This document shows positions 27,472-37,016 of a stretch of DNA of 64,000 nucleotides, piece after piece; the first letter of the stretch is position 1, and each line of letters starts with the position of its first letter. The notes under the pieces were generated by a model that was given only the letters and a program-made list of their open reading frames with translations, did no database searches and was not told where the DNA came from. Both the position numbers and the translations under genes were made by a program. The stretch covers positions 1 through 64,000 of IMG/VR virus record IMGVR_UViG_3300026518_000006; one strand, 5' to 3'.

Positions 27472-28299
27472 ATGAAGTTATTTAAAACAAACAAAAATAA
27501 AAAAGAACATAAAAAACACCAAAATGAAGTTGTAGCCACACCAATTAGTATGCCTAATATTATGGGTTCTGATAATATCATTGAAAGTGACACACATACA
27601 TTAATAAGTGTGGAACAGCCCGCTGAAATGTTGCCTTTAATGGGCGAAGACGGCTCTATTCTACAAGGAATTTACCAAGAACAGCCTCAATTTACGCTTT
27701 ATAAGTTGTATTTGTCTGATTTTGAAGATGAAAGCAGACACGGGCTTCACAAAATAATCAGTAAACTACAAGAAGCAAATCCTGAAGATGTATTGGAGCT
27801 CCACATTGCAGGACACGGGGGATATATTTCCGAAGGTCTTGCTTTTTACAATCTGATTAGTTCTTTGTTTAGAGGGAGAACATCAGCCTATTTGACATAT
27901 GGGTATAGTATGAATGCTTTAGCCTTTTTATTCGCTGATGAAAGAATTGTTTATGAACACAGTGAAATTATGTTCCATACATATTCAGCAGGCTTTGGAG
28001 GAAAGCGTGATGATATTCTTTCTCAAATAGCACATACAGATAAGCATCTTCAAAAGTTCTTCAAAAAGATTTTGAGCCCATATTTTTCAGAAGAAGAAAT
28101 ACAGTCTATGGGGTCAAACAAAGACTTTTGGCTTAACTCACACGAGATGTTAGTTCGTGGTATTGCCACAGGAATAATCATTGATGGAGAGTATCTTAGT
28201 AGAGATGACTATTTTAAAAAATATAAGAAAAATGGAAAATTGAGAAAAAAATGGCTTAAAGAAAATAAGGAAAATAAAGATGGGCAAAGTACTGTATGA
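27472..28299 (+). CDS. ClpP-like serine protease
   Basis: IAGHGG, YSMNA (catalytic Ser), SEIMFHT (catalytic His), DFWL. Confidence 0.75.
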   Translation: MKLFKTNKNKKEHKKHQNEVVATPISMPNIMGSDNIIESDTHTLISVEQPAEMLPLMGEDGSILQGIYQEQPQFTLYKLYLSDFEDESRHGLHKIISKLQEANPEDVLELHIAGHGGYISEGLAFYNLISSLFRGRTSAYLTYGYSMNALAFLFADERIVYEHSEIMFHTYSAGFGGKRDDILSQIAHTDKHLQKFFKKILSPYFSEEEIQSMGSNKDFWLNSHEMLVRGIATGIIIDGEYLSRDDYFKKYKKNGKLRKKWLKENKENKDGQSTV

Positions 28300-28495
28300 T
28301 TTAAATACAAATAGTGGAAATAGTGGTGGTATTGTTAGTACAACAATACCATTAACTACAACATCAGATACAGTAGCATTTCAATCTGATACAGGTGTTA
28401 GAATAGACATTGTACAACTACAAAAAAAAGTAGAAGAACTTGAAGAAATGGTCAACCTCCTTATATTAGAAGTTATGCCTGAAAGAGTAGTTTAA
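28280..28495 (+). CDS. small protein with tag-like end (MPERVV)
   Basis: 71 aa; AAGGA RBS. Confidence 0.65.
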   Translation: MGKVLYDLNTNSGNSGGIVSTTIPLTTTSDTVAFQSDTGVRIDIVQLQKKVEELEEMVNLLILEVMPERVV

Positions 28496-28559
28496 AAATT
28501 AAACTTCTTTTTATTTTTATTTTAGTATAGTATTGAATTAAAAATAAAAGAGGTGAATT

Positions 28560-29249
28560 ATGATTCTGCACATACCACATTCAAGTGGCAATTTATTTGG
28601 TTTTGACAGACCACAAAAAGATTTGATACTCCTCACAGATTGGTATACTGATGAGCTATTTTTCCACGAAAATTCAGATAGGTTAGTGTTCGATACTTCA
28701 AGACTGTTATGTGATGTTGAGAGGTTTCCCGATGATAAAGAACCATTATTTAAAGATGGGTTTGGTATATGTTATACAAAAACAATAGACGGAAATAATA
28801 TCTCTTTTGATGAAAGTCATAAAAACATAATGCTCACAGCATATTATGAACATCACAAAAACTTAAATATACTCACCCAAAAGCAATTAACAATGAAGTC
28901 ATTTGTTGTAGTGGTTGATTGTCATAGCTTTGACCCAAAACTTTTTGGTGATGATGTGGATTTTTGTATAGGGGTTAATGATGATAAACACCCTGAATTA
29001 CTTGATAATGTGGTTAAGTTTATAGAGAACAACAAGTACTCTGTAAAAGTAAATGAGCCGTTTCAAGGGGCTATAGTTCCAACAAATCATACAGATAACA
29101 TTGATGTAACATCTATTATGATAGAAATTAACAAAAGATTATATCTTGAAGAAAACTCAAACAACAAAAACAAAGACTTTGAGAAAATTCAGTCCTTTAT
29201 AAATAAGATATTAAATATTATTTCGGAGTACGAAATATCTAAGGACTAG
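28560..29249 (+). CDS. N-formylglutamate amidohydrolase family protein
   Basis: LHIPHSS, TDWYTDELF, SRLLCDVERF, VDCHSF, IMIEIN. Confidence 0.85.
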   Translation: MILHIPHSSGNLFGFDRPQKDLILLTDWYTDELFFHENSDRLVFDTSRLLCDVERFPDDKEPLFKDGFGICYTKTIDGNNISFDESHKNIMLTAYYEHHKNLNILTQKQLTMKSFVVVVDCHSFDPKLFGDDVDFCIGVNDDKHPELLDNVVKFIENNKYSVKVNEPFQGAIVPTNHTDNIDVTSIMIEINKRLYLEENSNNKNKDFEKIQSFINKILNIISEYEISKD

Positions 29250-29251
29250 AG

Positions 29252-29833
29252 ATGGGATATTTTACAGATGTTTTTGAAACATTTAAAGAGCTTGGAAAGC
29301 TTTCGCCTGAAGAATTAAAAAAAGGGCAAAAGCTTGACAAAACCAAAGACAACTTATTTAAGCGGGTTACGGGTAGAGTTTTTTACAAAGTCATATCAAA
29401 AATTAAACAAAACGACTTAGCAAGAGGAGATAAAGCAAAAGGCTTAGACACACTTACTGTATACTCTCCATCAGATTATCAAAAAATGGATTGTTTTTTA
29501 GGGATAAACAACAGCTCAGGGTACTGCATCAAAGATGGAAATGAGCTTGTATCAGTTTTTAGCTCTCAGAAATCAAGTGGAGACGCTATTGTTAAAAGTG
29601 CTATAAAAAATGGTGCTACTCATCTTGATTGTTTTGCTAAACTCATTAATGGAGAAGTGAGTGGCGATTTATATTCGCTGTACTCAAGAAATGGTTTCAA
29701 AATAGACAAAGACCTAAATGTTGGTAAATATGGTGAACCATATGCCATCAGAAAAGGAATATCACACTTTGTTAATGATAAAGGTGAAGTGGAGATGGAC
29801 AACGAAAATGTTGTCGTTTTTATGAAGCTGTAA
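29252..29833 (+). CDS. putative GNAT-like protein, candidate virion cargo
   Basis: ELVSVFS..SGDAIVKSAI..GATHLDCF..LYSLYSRNGF; TATAAATA at 29198-205. Confidence 0.45.
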   Translation: MGYFTDVFETFKELGKLSPEELKKGQKLDKTKDNLFKRVTGRVFYKVISKIKQNDLARGDKAKGLDTLTVYSPSDYQKMDCFLGINNSSGYCIKDGNELVSVFSSQKSSGDAIVKSAIKNGATHLDCFAKLINGEVSGDLYSLYSRNGFKIDKDLNVGKYGEPYAIRKGISHFVNDKGEVEMDNENVVVFMKL

Positions 29834-29895
29834 AAAATTAAACCTCATTTTATATTATTGTGATATAATATCAAATTAATATAAAAGAGGTTGAA

Positions 29896-32800
29896 ATGGC
29901 TAAAGTTTACGAACATATTTTTAAATACGGAAAGTATGGAAAAAACATCTGTATAAGAGAATACGATACTGATACTAAACAAGTAACTTTCAATACAAAC
30001 ATTGCTACAAACGAATTTATCCCAACATTATACTCTCCTAAACCAAAAAGCGGTTTTAAAAAATCTTCTATGGTTACATTTGAAGATGATTCGCCTTTAT
30101 GGGAAAAAAATTTTGAAAAAATGGGCGACCTCACAAAAATAATAAACCCTGAAAAAAGAACCGATGAAGAAAAGGAATTATTGGAGATTCAAGAAGAAGT
30201 TGGTCTTACTGAAGCACAAGAAGAGCGTCTTAATTTTTTAAGAAAAATGAGAAGTGAAGCCAACAAAAAAGTACAAGATGAATATTACGGAAACCCCGAC
30301 AGAGTTCAACAGGTAATTAGAGAGAAATATCCTGATGCAGTTAAATATGACCACGATTTTCACACTATCTTTATCGATATAGAGACTCGTTCAGGAGTAA
30401 ACTCAAATAGATTCCCTGAAGCTGAACACGCTCTTGAAGAAGTGACAGTAATTCAAATGTATTGTACTAAGAGAAAACAGTTCTACATTTTTGGTACAAA
30501 GGATTGGACTGGTACTTATAATAGTCGTTTTGGAAATATAAATTATGTCAAATTTAGAAACGAGAAAGACTTACTCAGAGGATTTGTAGAGTTTATATCA
30601 AATGATTATCCCGCTTCTCTGTTTGGATTTAACGCACAGGCTTTTGATTACCCTTATTTGGTTAATAGAATTGCAAACAACTATAAGGACATCGACTATA
30701 AAAAACTTTCTCCTGTAGGTGAGGTTACTCTTAATGTAAAGAAAAAGACATTTGATGACCGTGAATTTTTAGGGGTTGACATTAATGGTATTTTCTTATT
30801 AGACCAAAGAGACTTGGTTTTAAAATATGCCTTTTTGTCATTGGCTAACTATGGTCTTCAAGATGTAGCTTTTGCTTATGGACTAAAAGGAAAGTCATCT
30901 CAAGAAAGTTATGAATATCAAAGTTTTGACGGCAACTATACAGGAGAAGGGTGGGTAAAACTAATATCCGATATAGACCGTGTTCCTGATGACGAAAAGA
31001 TGGTATGGAAGCTACAAGACGCTAAACAAAAATGTATGCGAACAGCTCCTGAAAAATGGACACCTGAGCTACAAAAACGATTAGAACAAGCGGTTTATAA
31101 TACTTTTATGGACTATTCTATTCGTGATGTTGAGCTTATGTTAGAGATTGAAGAACAGAGTAAACTTATAGGTATCGCTAAATGGATTGCTTATACTTGT
31201 GGTGTCAATATTACCGATGTTATGGGAACATATAAGCAATGGCACTCATATACTTTTAATGACGCTATAAAGGATGGCAGAGTACTTCCATTAACTCAAA
31301 AAAATGGCGATGATGAAGCTGTATATAAAGCAGGGTTTGTAACAGCATTTCCTGGAATTTACAAGTATGTTTTATCGGTTGACTTCGCATCACTATTTCC
31401 TAATGTATTCCAAGCTGTTAATATCGGGGCTGATACAATTATACCTGAAGATAAAATGCCTAAAGATTTGTTAGAAATCAGAGAAAAGTATTTTCACTTC
31501 TTTACTAATGAAAACTTTTATGATACAGCTCAGAGAAAAACCGAAAGTGATGCCCACCACGAAGAGAGAATTAAAGGTAAAAAAGACGGGAAGCTAATAG
31601 CTAAATATGGTTCTGATGGGTGTAATGACCTACAAGAAGAGCGTGATTATTATGTTTGGTTGTTAAATCAAGATTTCAGTGAAACACTAAGAAAACATAA
31701 TGTTTCTGTTTCACCTAATGGCTACTTCTATTCTCATCATAAACAAAGCTATACTTCAAGAGCTATGGAAAACGGCATTAAAAAGAGATATGAAGCCAAA
31801 TACAAAGGTATCAAATTAGCGGGTGTTGTAGAAGATATTAAGAAGGTGCAAGCACAGAGAAAAGAAGGCAAACATCCTGAGTTATTTACAGATGTAAGTG
31901 ATGAAAAACTTCAATCTATTTTGGAGACGACTATCAAGGAAATGGAATATGAAGATAGTCTTTCGTTGGCATTGAAGATTTTTATTAACAGTAACTATGG
32001 CTCACAAGCTATGTCTATGAACGCTTTTAGTAATGGTAGATTAACGGGTGCTTCAGTAACAATTACCGCAAGATTGTTAATACAAACTGTAGCCAATGCA
32101 CTTTCTAATGAGATTAGACGATTTTTGGGTGAAGAGCCGACTTTTGATTTGGGTGAGATAGTACAAATGGACACCGATAGTGCTTATTTGTGTTTGGATA
32201 GACTTATTGAGGCGAAGCTACCTAATGCGACAGAAGCTCAAATATTACAGTTTATTCAAAATCTCTTCAAAAGTAAATTGGCACCTGTAATTCAAAACAC
32301 CATCAACGACATTGGTAAGCGTCTGAATTTTATGAAGCCTGAAGTTTTAAAAATGGACCAAGAAATTGTATCAAATAGCTTCGTATCATTAGCGTTGAAG
32401 CGTTATTTTGCGAGAGTGATTATGAGTGATGGAAATGTATTGGCTACACCAAAGATAAAAATGACAGGTATTTCATTAGTCAGTAGAAGTACTCCTGATG
32501 AAGTGAAGCTTATTCTAAAGCCCACTTTGGATTACTTTCTGAACAACGACCAAGCAGGGCTGAATAAATATTTGAATGACCATTTTCAAGACTTTAAAAA
32601 TATTGACCCAAGCAGACTTTCAAGACCTCAATCTGTAGCAAGCCTTGACTACAAACCTTATTACGATAAACGAGAAGTAAAAGATTGGAAGATTGCTAAT
32701 AAATTTGCAAGACCAATGAGAGATAAAAAGAAAAGTATCGCTGAAGGTAGAAAGGTAATGAAACTACAAACAGCACCACTGAATTCAAAAGCTTCTATTG

Positions 32801-33096
32801 TTCACAACCATTTAGTATTGGAAGCAGGATTAGAAGGGAAATATGAGCTTATCAGAAATGCTGATAAAATACGAATAGTTTACTTAAAGACACCAAACCC
32901 TGTAACAAATAATATCGATGCTATTGCTTATAAAGATAGTCAAGCGTTGAAAGATTTGGGTGTGTTACCGTATGTGGATTTCCAAACAATTTGGGATAAA
33001 GAACTTATTAAAAAAGTAGATATTATTGCTGAGAAAGTAGGTTGGAAGATTGGAGTAAGAACAGCAACTACTGAAAGAGCGGATGAGCCTTGGTAG
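29896..33096 (+). CDS. DNA polymerase family B (T4 gp43-like)
   Basis: Exo DIET / FN...FDYPY / YSIRD; Pol DFASLFP, KIFINSNYG, DTDS. Confidence 0.95.
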   Translation: MAKVYEHIFKYGKYGKNICIREYDTDTKQVTFNTNIATNEFIPTLYSPKPKSGFKKSSMVTFEDDSPLWEKNFEKMGDLTKIINPEKRTDEEKELLEIQEEVGLTEAQEERLNFLRKMRSEANKKVQDEYYGNPDRVQQVIREKYPDAVKYDHDFHTIFIDIETRSGVNSNRFPEAEHALEEVTVIQMYCTKRKQFYIFGTKDWTGTYNSRFGNINYVKFRNEKDLLRGFVEFISNDYPASLFGFNAQAFDYPYLVNRIANNYKDIDYKKLSPVGEVTLNVKKKTFDDREFLGVDINGIFLLDQRDLVLKYAFLSLANYGLQDVAFAYGLKGKSSQESYEYQSFDGNYTGEGWVKLISDIDRVPDDEKMVWKLQDAKQKCMRTAPEKWTPELQKRLEQAVYNTFMDYSIRDVELMLEIEEQSKLIGIAKWIAYTCGVNITDVMGTYKQWHSYTFNDAIKDGRVLPLTQKNGDDEAVYKAGFVTAFPGIYKYVLSVDFASLFPNVFQAVNIGADTIIPEDKMPKDLLEIREKYFHFFTNENFYDTAQRKTESDAHHEERIKGKKDGKLIAKYGSDGCNDLQEERDYYVWLLNQDFSETLRKHNVSVSPNGYFYSHHKQSYTSRAMENGIKKRYEAKYKGIKLAGVVEDIKKVQAQRKEGKHPELFTDVSDEKLQSILETTIKEMEYEDSLSLALKIFINSNYGSQAMSMNAFSNGRLTGASVTITARLLIQTVANALSNEIRRFLGEEPTFDLGEIVQMDTDSAYLCLDRLIEAKLPNATEAQILQFIQNLFKSKLAPVIQNTINDIGKRLNFMKPEVLKMDQEIVSNSFVSLALKRYFARVIMSDGNVLATPKIKMTGISLVSRSTPDEVKLILKPTLDYFLNNDQAGLNKYLNDHFQDFKNIDPSRLSRPQSVASLDYKPYYDKREVKDWKIANKFARPMRDKKKSIAEGRKVMKLQTAPLNSKASIVHNHLVLEAGLEGKYELIRNADKIRIVYLKTPNPVTNNIDAIAYKDSQALKDLGVLPYVDFQTIWDKELIKKVDIIAEKVGWKIGVRTATTERADEPW

Positions 33097-33173
33097 TGGA
33101 ATAGGTGTTTATAATATTTAAATTTAAGGTTTAAATGTTATATTGTTAAAATATAAATACTAAAAGGATTTTT

Positions 33174-33845
33174 ATGACATTAGGTAAAATTTTACAAGAG
33201 AGGTATGAGATTGATAGCTATGGTACTATTGACGAAAGTGGCGCAGGTATTTCCCGTGTATTAAAAACACTTGAAGATGGTAATGATTTCTTAATTATCA
33301 CTGCTTCAAGGGGTAAATTCTCAAAGAAAGAGAACGCTAAAAGAAACAGCCAACTCATTAAAAGTATTAGAGATGAACTTGGTGTCAAAAGTGGTGCATA
33401 TAAGCTTGTTGGGCATTGGAAAGAGTGTAACCATAAACTTGAAGATGGTCAAAAGATTTCGGATTGCAAAGGAGCTATTAAAGATGAGCTTGAAGAAAGT
33501 TGGTTAATCCCAAAACCAAAAAATATCGCACCTGAAGAGTTCTTAGATATCGCTAAAAAAGTCGCTAAAAAATATGACCAAGATGCTTTTGTCATCCGTC
33601 TTGATGGAAAACTTACACTAAATGGTAAAGATGGTACGGTATGGGAAGACTTAGGCAAAGCAGATAAAAAGTCTATTTCAACAGGTTTCAGTCGTATTAT
33701 CGATGTTCAAGGTTACTCAGAATTAAAGAAGCAACGAAATAAAGGTAGAAATATCAACATCATCTTTGAAGATATAGCTTTGGTTGTGCCGAAAGACAAC
33801 AACAATTCTAAGAGGCTGTTTGCTTCCGCAAACATCTTGTACTGA
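33174..33845 (+). CDS. DUF3293-like protein, candidate virion cargo (MTLGKILQE)
   Basis: ITASR..ENAKRN..L, EES, KYDQDAF; TATAAATA at 33152-59. Confidence 0.55.
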   Translation: MTLGKILQERYEIDSYGTIDESGAGISRVLKTLEDGNDFLIITASRGKFSKKENAKRNSQLIKSIRDELGVKSGAYKLVGHWKECNHKLEDGQKISDCKGAIKDELEESWLIPKPKNIAPEEFLDIAKKVAKKYDQDAFVIRLDGKLTLNGKDGTVWEDLGKADKKSISTGFSRIIDVQGYSELKKQRNKGRNINIIFEDIALVVPKDNNNSKRLFASANILY

Positions 33846-33965
33846 CATTTTCTCAAGAGTATAAGTTTGGAAAGCTTTTTAAAACTAAAAATAAAGGCAC
33901 TAATTAGTTATCACTGAGAACGCAAATTAACAATAGGGTTATATTTAATTTATGCTCTCTTTGAA

Positions 33966-34035
33966 AGATTTTACTTTTTCAAAAAGTAAAATCTTCAAAA
34001 CAACTCAACATACTTTGTTTTTAAAGTTTTTATGG
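33966..34035 (+). promoter_or_regulatory. dispersed cassette: palindrome + degenerate promoter
   Basis: AGATTTTACTTTTT-C-AAAAAGTAAAATCT 33966-94. Confidence 0.75.
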
Positions 34036-34075
34036 TATAGTAATATTATCAAATACAAGAAAGGATTATTCTAAA

Positions 34076-34306
34076 ATGGAGTTCGAAACAAAATTTAGTG
34101 TAGGCGATTCTGTTTTTTACTTCAGAAGTTCTCTTTTGGAATACGAGATAGAAGAGATTTATTATCGCTATAGAGACGATGAGGAGTCTTTTCACTACAC
34201 AATAAAAAACAAAGAAAATGGCGAAACAATAAGATATGTAGGAGAAAATAATCTGTTTATATCAAAAGCACAAGCCGTAGCAAAGTATCTAAAGGAATTT
34301 AAATGA
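34076..34306 (+). CDS. small SH3/KOW-like phage protein
   Basis: KFSVGDSVFY...; similar to 34303 and 19630. Confidence 0.65.
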   Translation: MEFETKFSVGDSVFYFRSSLLEYEIEEIYYRYRDDEESFHYTIKNKENGETIRYVGENNLFISKAQAVAKYLKEFK

Positions 34307-34551
34307 AAATGACATTTAAATATAATAAAGGCGATATTGTTTATATTATTGGTAATGGTGATTTAAATAAAGCTTCTATAGAAGGCGTTACTCTTTTGGC
34401 TAACAAAGAAGGTATTTTTTACCAATACTATATAAAAACATCATACGATGACGCAGTAAAGAAAAGAGAAGATGAAATATTCGATACAAAGCTTGATTGC
34501 GTAAAAGCGTTCTTGGGTGTAGAAGGTGATTTTGATGAGGCGATGATATAA
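34303..34551 (+). CDS. small SH3/KOW-like phage protein
   Basis: KYNKGDIVY... Confidence 0.65.
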   Translation: MKMTFKYNKGDIVYIIGNGDLNKASIEGVTLLANKEGIFYQYYIKTSYDDAVKKREDEIFDTKLDCVKAFLGVEGDFDEAMI

Positions 34552-34593
34552 ATGGATAAAACAAAACCTATTAAATAAATTAAAGGGTGAACA

Positions 34594-34905
34594 ATGGGTA
34601 TAAAATTATTTTCAAGTGGTAGAAGTGATTGTGGTGTTGTATATCCGACAGACCCAAATCCAAGTGTTTTTAAAATTGTTTCAATTCAAGAGTTCAGCGA
34701 ATACACTTTAGTAGTGGTTGACTATCCAAATTGTACTAATTTTGAGGGCAGAAAAGTTTTAGTGATGGATATGAGTGCTAATGATATTATGAGTATGGAA
34801 AAATTAGACCCTCATTTTATAGAGGGGAATAATATTATAGCGAGATTTGTGCCGACCAAAAAAGGCATAAGATTAGCTAAAAAAATATGTAAAGGTTGTA
34901 AATGA
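34594..34905 (+). CDS. conserved phage hypothetical protein
   Basis: DPNPSVFKI...YPNCTNFEGRKVLV. Confidence 0.7.
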   Translation: MGIKLFSSGRSDCGVVYPTDPNPSVFKIVSIQEFSEYTLVVVDYPNCTNFEGRKVLVMDMSANDIMSMEKLDPHFIEGNNIIARFVPTKKGIRLAKKICKGCK

Positions 34906-35918
34906 TTAAATTATTTAATGGTGATGCTCTTGATGTAATGGATAAGCTGATAGAAAAGGGTATTAAGGTGGACGCTATCATTACTGACCCACCGTATGGT
35001 ACTACAGCCTGTTCTTGGGATTCAGTAATTCCTTTTGATGAAATGTGGAAAAGATTAAATATTATTATGAAATCTAACGGGACAATCGCTTTGTTCGGTT
35101 CTGAGCCTTTTAGTAGTGCTTTGAGGATGAGTAATATAGAAATGTTTAAGTATGATTGGATATGGGAAAAATCTCAAGGTGCAAATTTTGCATTAGTAAA
35201 ACATCAACCATATAAGGTGCACGAAATTATATCTGTATTTTATAATGACCTCAGTAAAACTACATACTCAACAAAAGCGTTTAAAGAATTGAGAAGATAT
35301 TTCAAAGACCTATTAAATTATATCGGATTACCAAAGTCAAAGATAGTAAATGATGTCGGGGGAAGAGCTGACCATTGTTTTAGAAGCGATAGCTCACAGT
35401 GGTGTATTCCATCAGAAGAAACATATAATATACTGATTAACAAATACAATATAGACAAATATAAAGGATTTAAAACATATTCGGAATTAAATTTGATATA
35501 CGAAGATGAATTAAAATCATTTAAAAAAACCTACAATTATATTACTACAGATGGAAAGAAATATATATCAGGCAAAGGGCATAGTGGGGAAACAACTGGT
35601 AATTTTAAAAAAACACAAACAATAAATAACGGGAAGAGATTTCCAAGAAGTATTCAAAAATTTGCACAAAACAAAACCATTTCCTTTCACCCAACCCAAA
35701 AGCCTGTTGAATTGATGGAATATTTGATACGAACATATACAAATGAGGGAGAATTAGTTTTAGATTTCACTATGGGTTCAGGGACAACTTTAGTCGCCTG
35801 TAAACAGCTAAATAGAAATGGTATAGGTATTGAGTTAAATGAGGACTATTTTAAAATAGCACAACAAAGAGTAGACGAAGCCGTAGAGGGTTCATCTTTA
35901 AATAAGGATGTGGAATGA
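34902..35918 (+). CDS. site-specific DNA methyltransferase (N4C/N6A, beta class) with internal insertion
   Basis: ITDPPY; HPTQKP; VLDFTMGSGTT. Confidence 0.9.
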   Translation: MIKLFNGDALDVMDKLIEKGIKVDAIITDPPYGTTACSWDSVIPFDEMWKRLNIIMKSNGTIALFGSEPFSSALRMSNIEMFKYDWIWEKSQGANFALVKHQPYKVHEIISVFYNDLSKTTYSTKAFKELRRYFKDLLNYIGLPKSKIVNDVGGRADHCFRSDSSQWCIPSEETYNILINKYNIDKYKGFKTYSELNLIYEDELKSFKKTYNYITTDGKKYISGKGHSGETTGNFKKTQTINNGKRFPRSIQKFAQNKTISFHPTQKPVELMEYLIRTYTNEGELVLDFTMGSGTTLVACKQLNRNGIGIELNEDYFKIAQQRVDEAVEGSSLNKDVE

Positions 35919-36145
35919 GTGAGCCGAAAAAAAGAGATTTTTTAGGACAAGAGATTAATGTTGGCGATTTTGCTTGTTGTTCGAGTGCTTCAGCCTCAAC
36001 AGGAATGTATATAGGAAAAGTGATAAAAATCACAGACCACAAGGTACAACTAACAGCTTTAGACGGCAAAAAACATATGAAATCTTTTGATAAAGTTTTT
36101 ATAGTAACTAAACAAATTGAGGAAATTCCTGAGATGTTGATTTAG
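35915..36145 (+). CDS. small protein with tag (IPEMLI)
   Basis: DFLGQEINVGD; 76 aa. Confidence 0.7.
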   Translation: MSEPKKRDFLGQEINVGDFACCSSASASTGMYIGKVIKITDHKVQLTALDGKKHMKSFDKVFIVTKQIEEIPEMLI

Positions 36146-36150
36146 TTATC

Positions 36151-36852
36151 TTAGATGCCTTTTGTGGTTTTTATTTTTTTATTTAGTTTTTTAGCTAATG
36201 ATACTAATACACCACCTATAAAATGATGTGATGTTGCTCCTGCCCAAGGGAAACTTAAACCTAAAGCACCTCCTGTAATTAGCAACATCAACATCTTCAA
36301 TCCCTCTTCGCCTGCAAATAAATCACTCAAAGAATAGTTGCCCGATAATGCTTCTATTACATCATCAAAATTCATATCATAGGTTATATCTCCTGTAAAA
36401 CTCATATTAAGCCAAATAAAGATTAAAATGCCACTCACCGCAACACCACCTAATGCTTTTATTTTTGGGTTATTCTGAAGCCATTTGTCGAGTGCTCTCA
36501 ATTTATCTTCACTCCATTTCCCTACATTTGAATCAGCTATATATTTTGGAATTAGCCCTATAATGGTTTGGTATGCTTTGAAACCTCTCTTAACAATATC
36601 ATATAGTCGTTTAAAAGACCAATGAATAGTAGTGAAAAATTTATACACTCTACTATCTCTAAAGAAATTTACAGCTTCTTTAAATGACATACCAACTTTA
36701 TCAGAAATTTCTTTAATGAAGTCAATCTTTTTCTTTACTGTAGATGGAATGGATATTTCGTTTAGTTTGTGAAAATCTTCTGTATATAATAAAAACTGAT
36801 TATACTGATACTGATAATTATACTCTTTGATATTTATTGCTTTTGAGTTCAT
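36151..36852 (-). CDS. late membrane protein
   Basis: Hydrophobic C-terminal segments; TATAAATA at 36870-77. Confidence 0.65.
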   Translation of the reverse strand: MNSKAINIKEYNYQYQYNQFLLYTEDFHKLNEISIPSTVKKKIDFIKEISDKVGMSFKEAVNFFRDSRVYKFFTTIHWSFKRLYDIVKRGFKAYQTIIGLIPKYIADSNVGKWSEDKLRALDKWLQNNPKIKALGGVAVSGILIFIWLNMSFTGDITYDMNFDDVIEALSGNYSLSDLFAGEEGLKMLMLLITGGALGLSFPWAGATSHHFIGGVLVSLAKKLNKKIKTTKGI

Positions 36853-36908
36853 ATAATAATCCTTTGTTGTATTTATAAAGGTTTGTATCGAGGCGTGAAT
36901 AGCTCTTT

Positions 36909-37016
36909 GAGATATTTTGCTTTTTTAAAAAGTAAAATATCTCAAAGTACTCAAAACTCTTGACTTCTTTCAAAGATTATTATATAATAGGGTACAAAAA
37001 GAGATAAAGGACTCAA
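36909..37016 (+). promoter_or_regulatory. dispersed cassette: palindrome + early promoter + RBS
   Basis: Palindrome 36909-43; TTGACT 36960-65; TATAAT 36983-88; leader nearly identical to 12788-12844. Confidence 0.9.
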
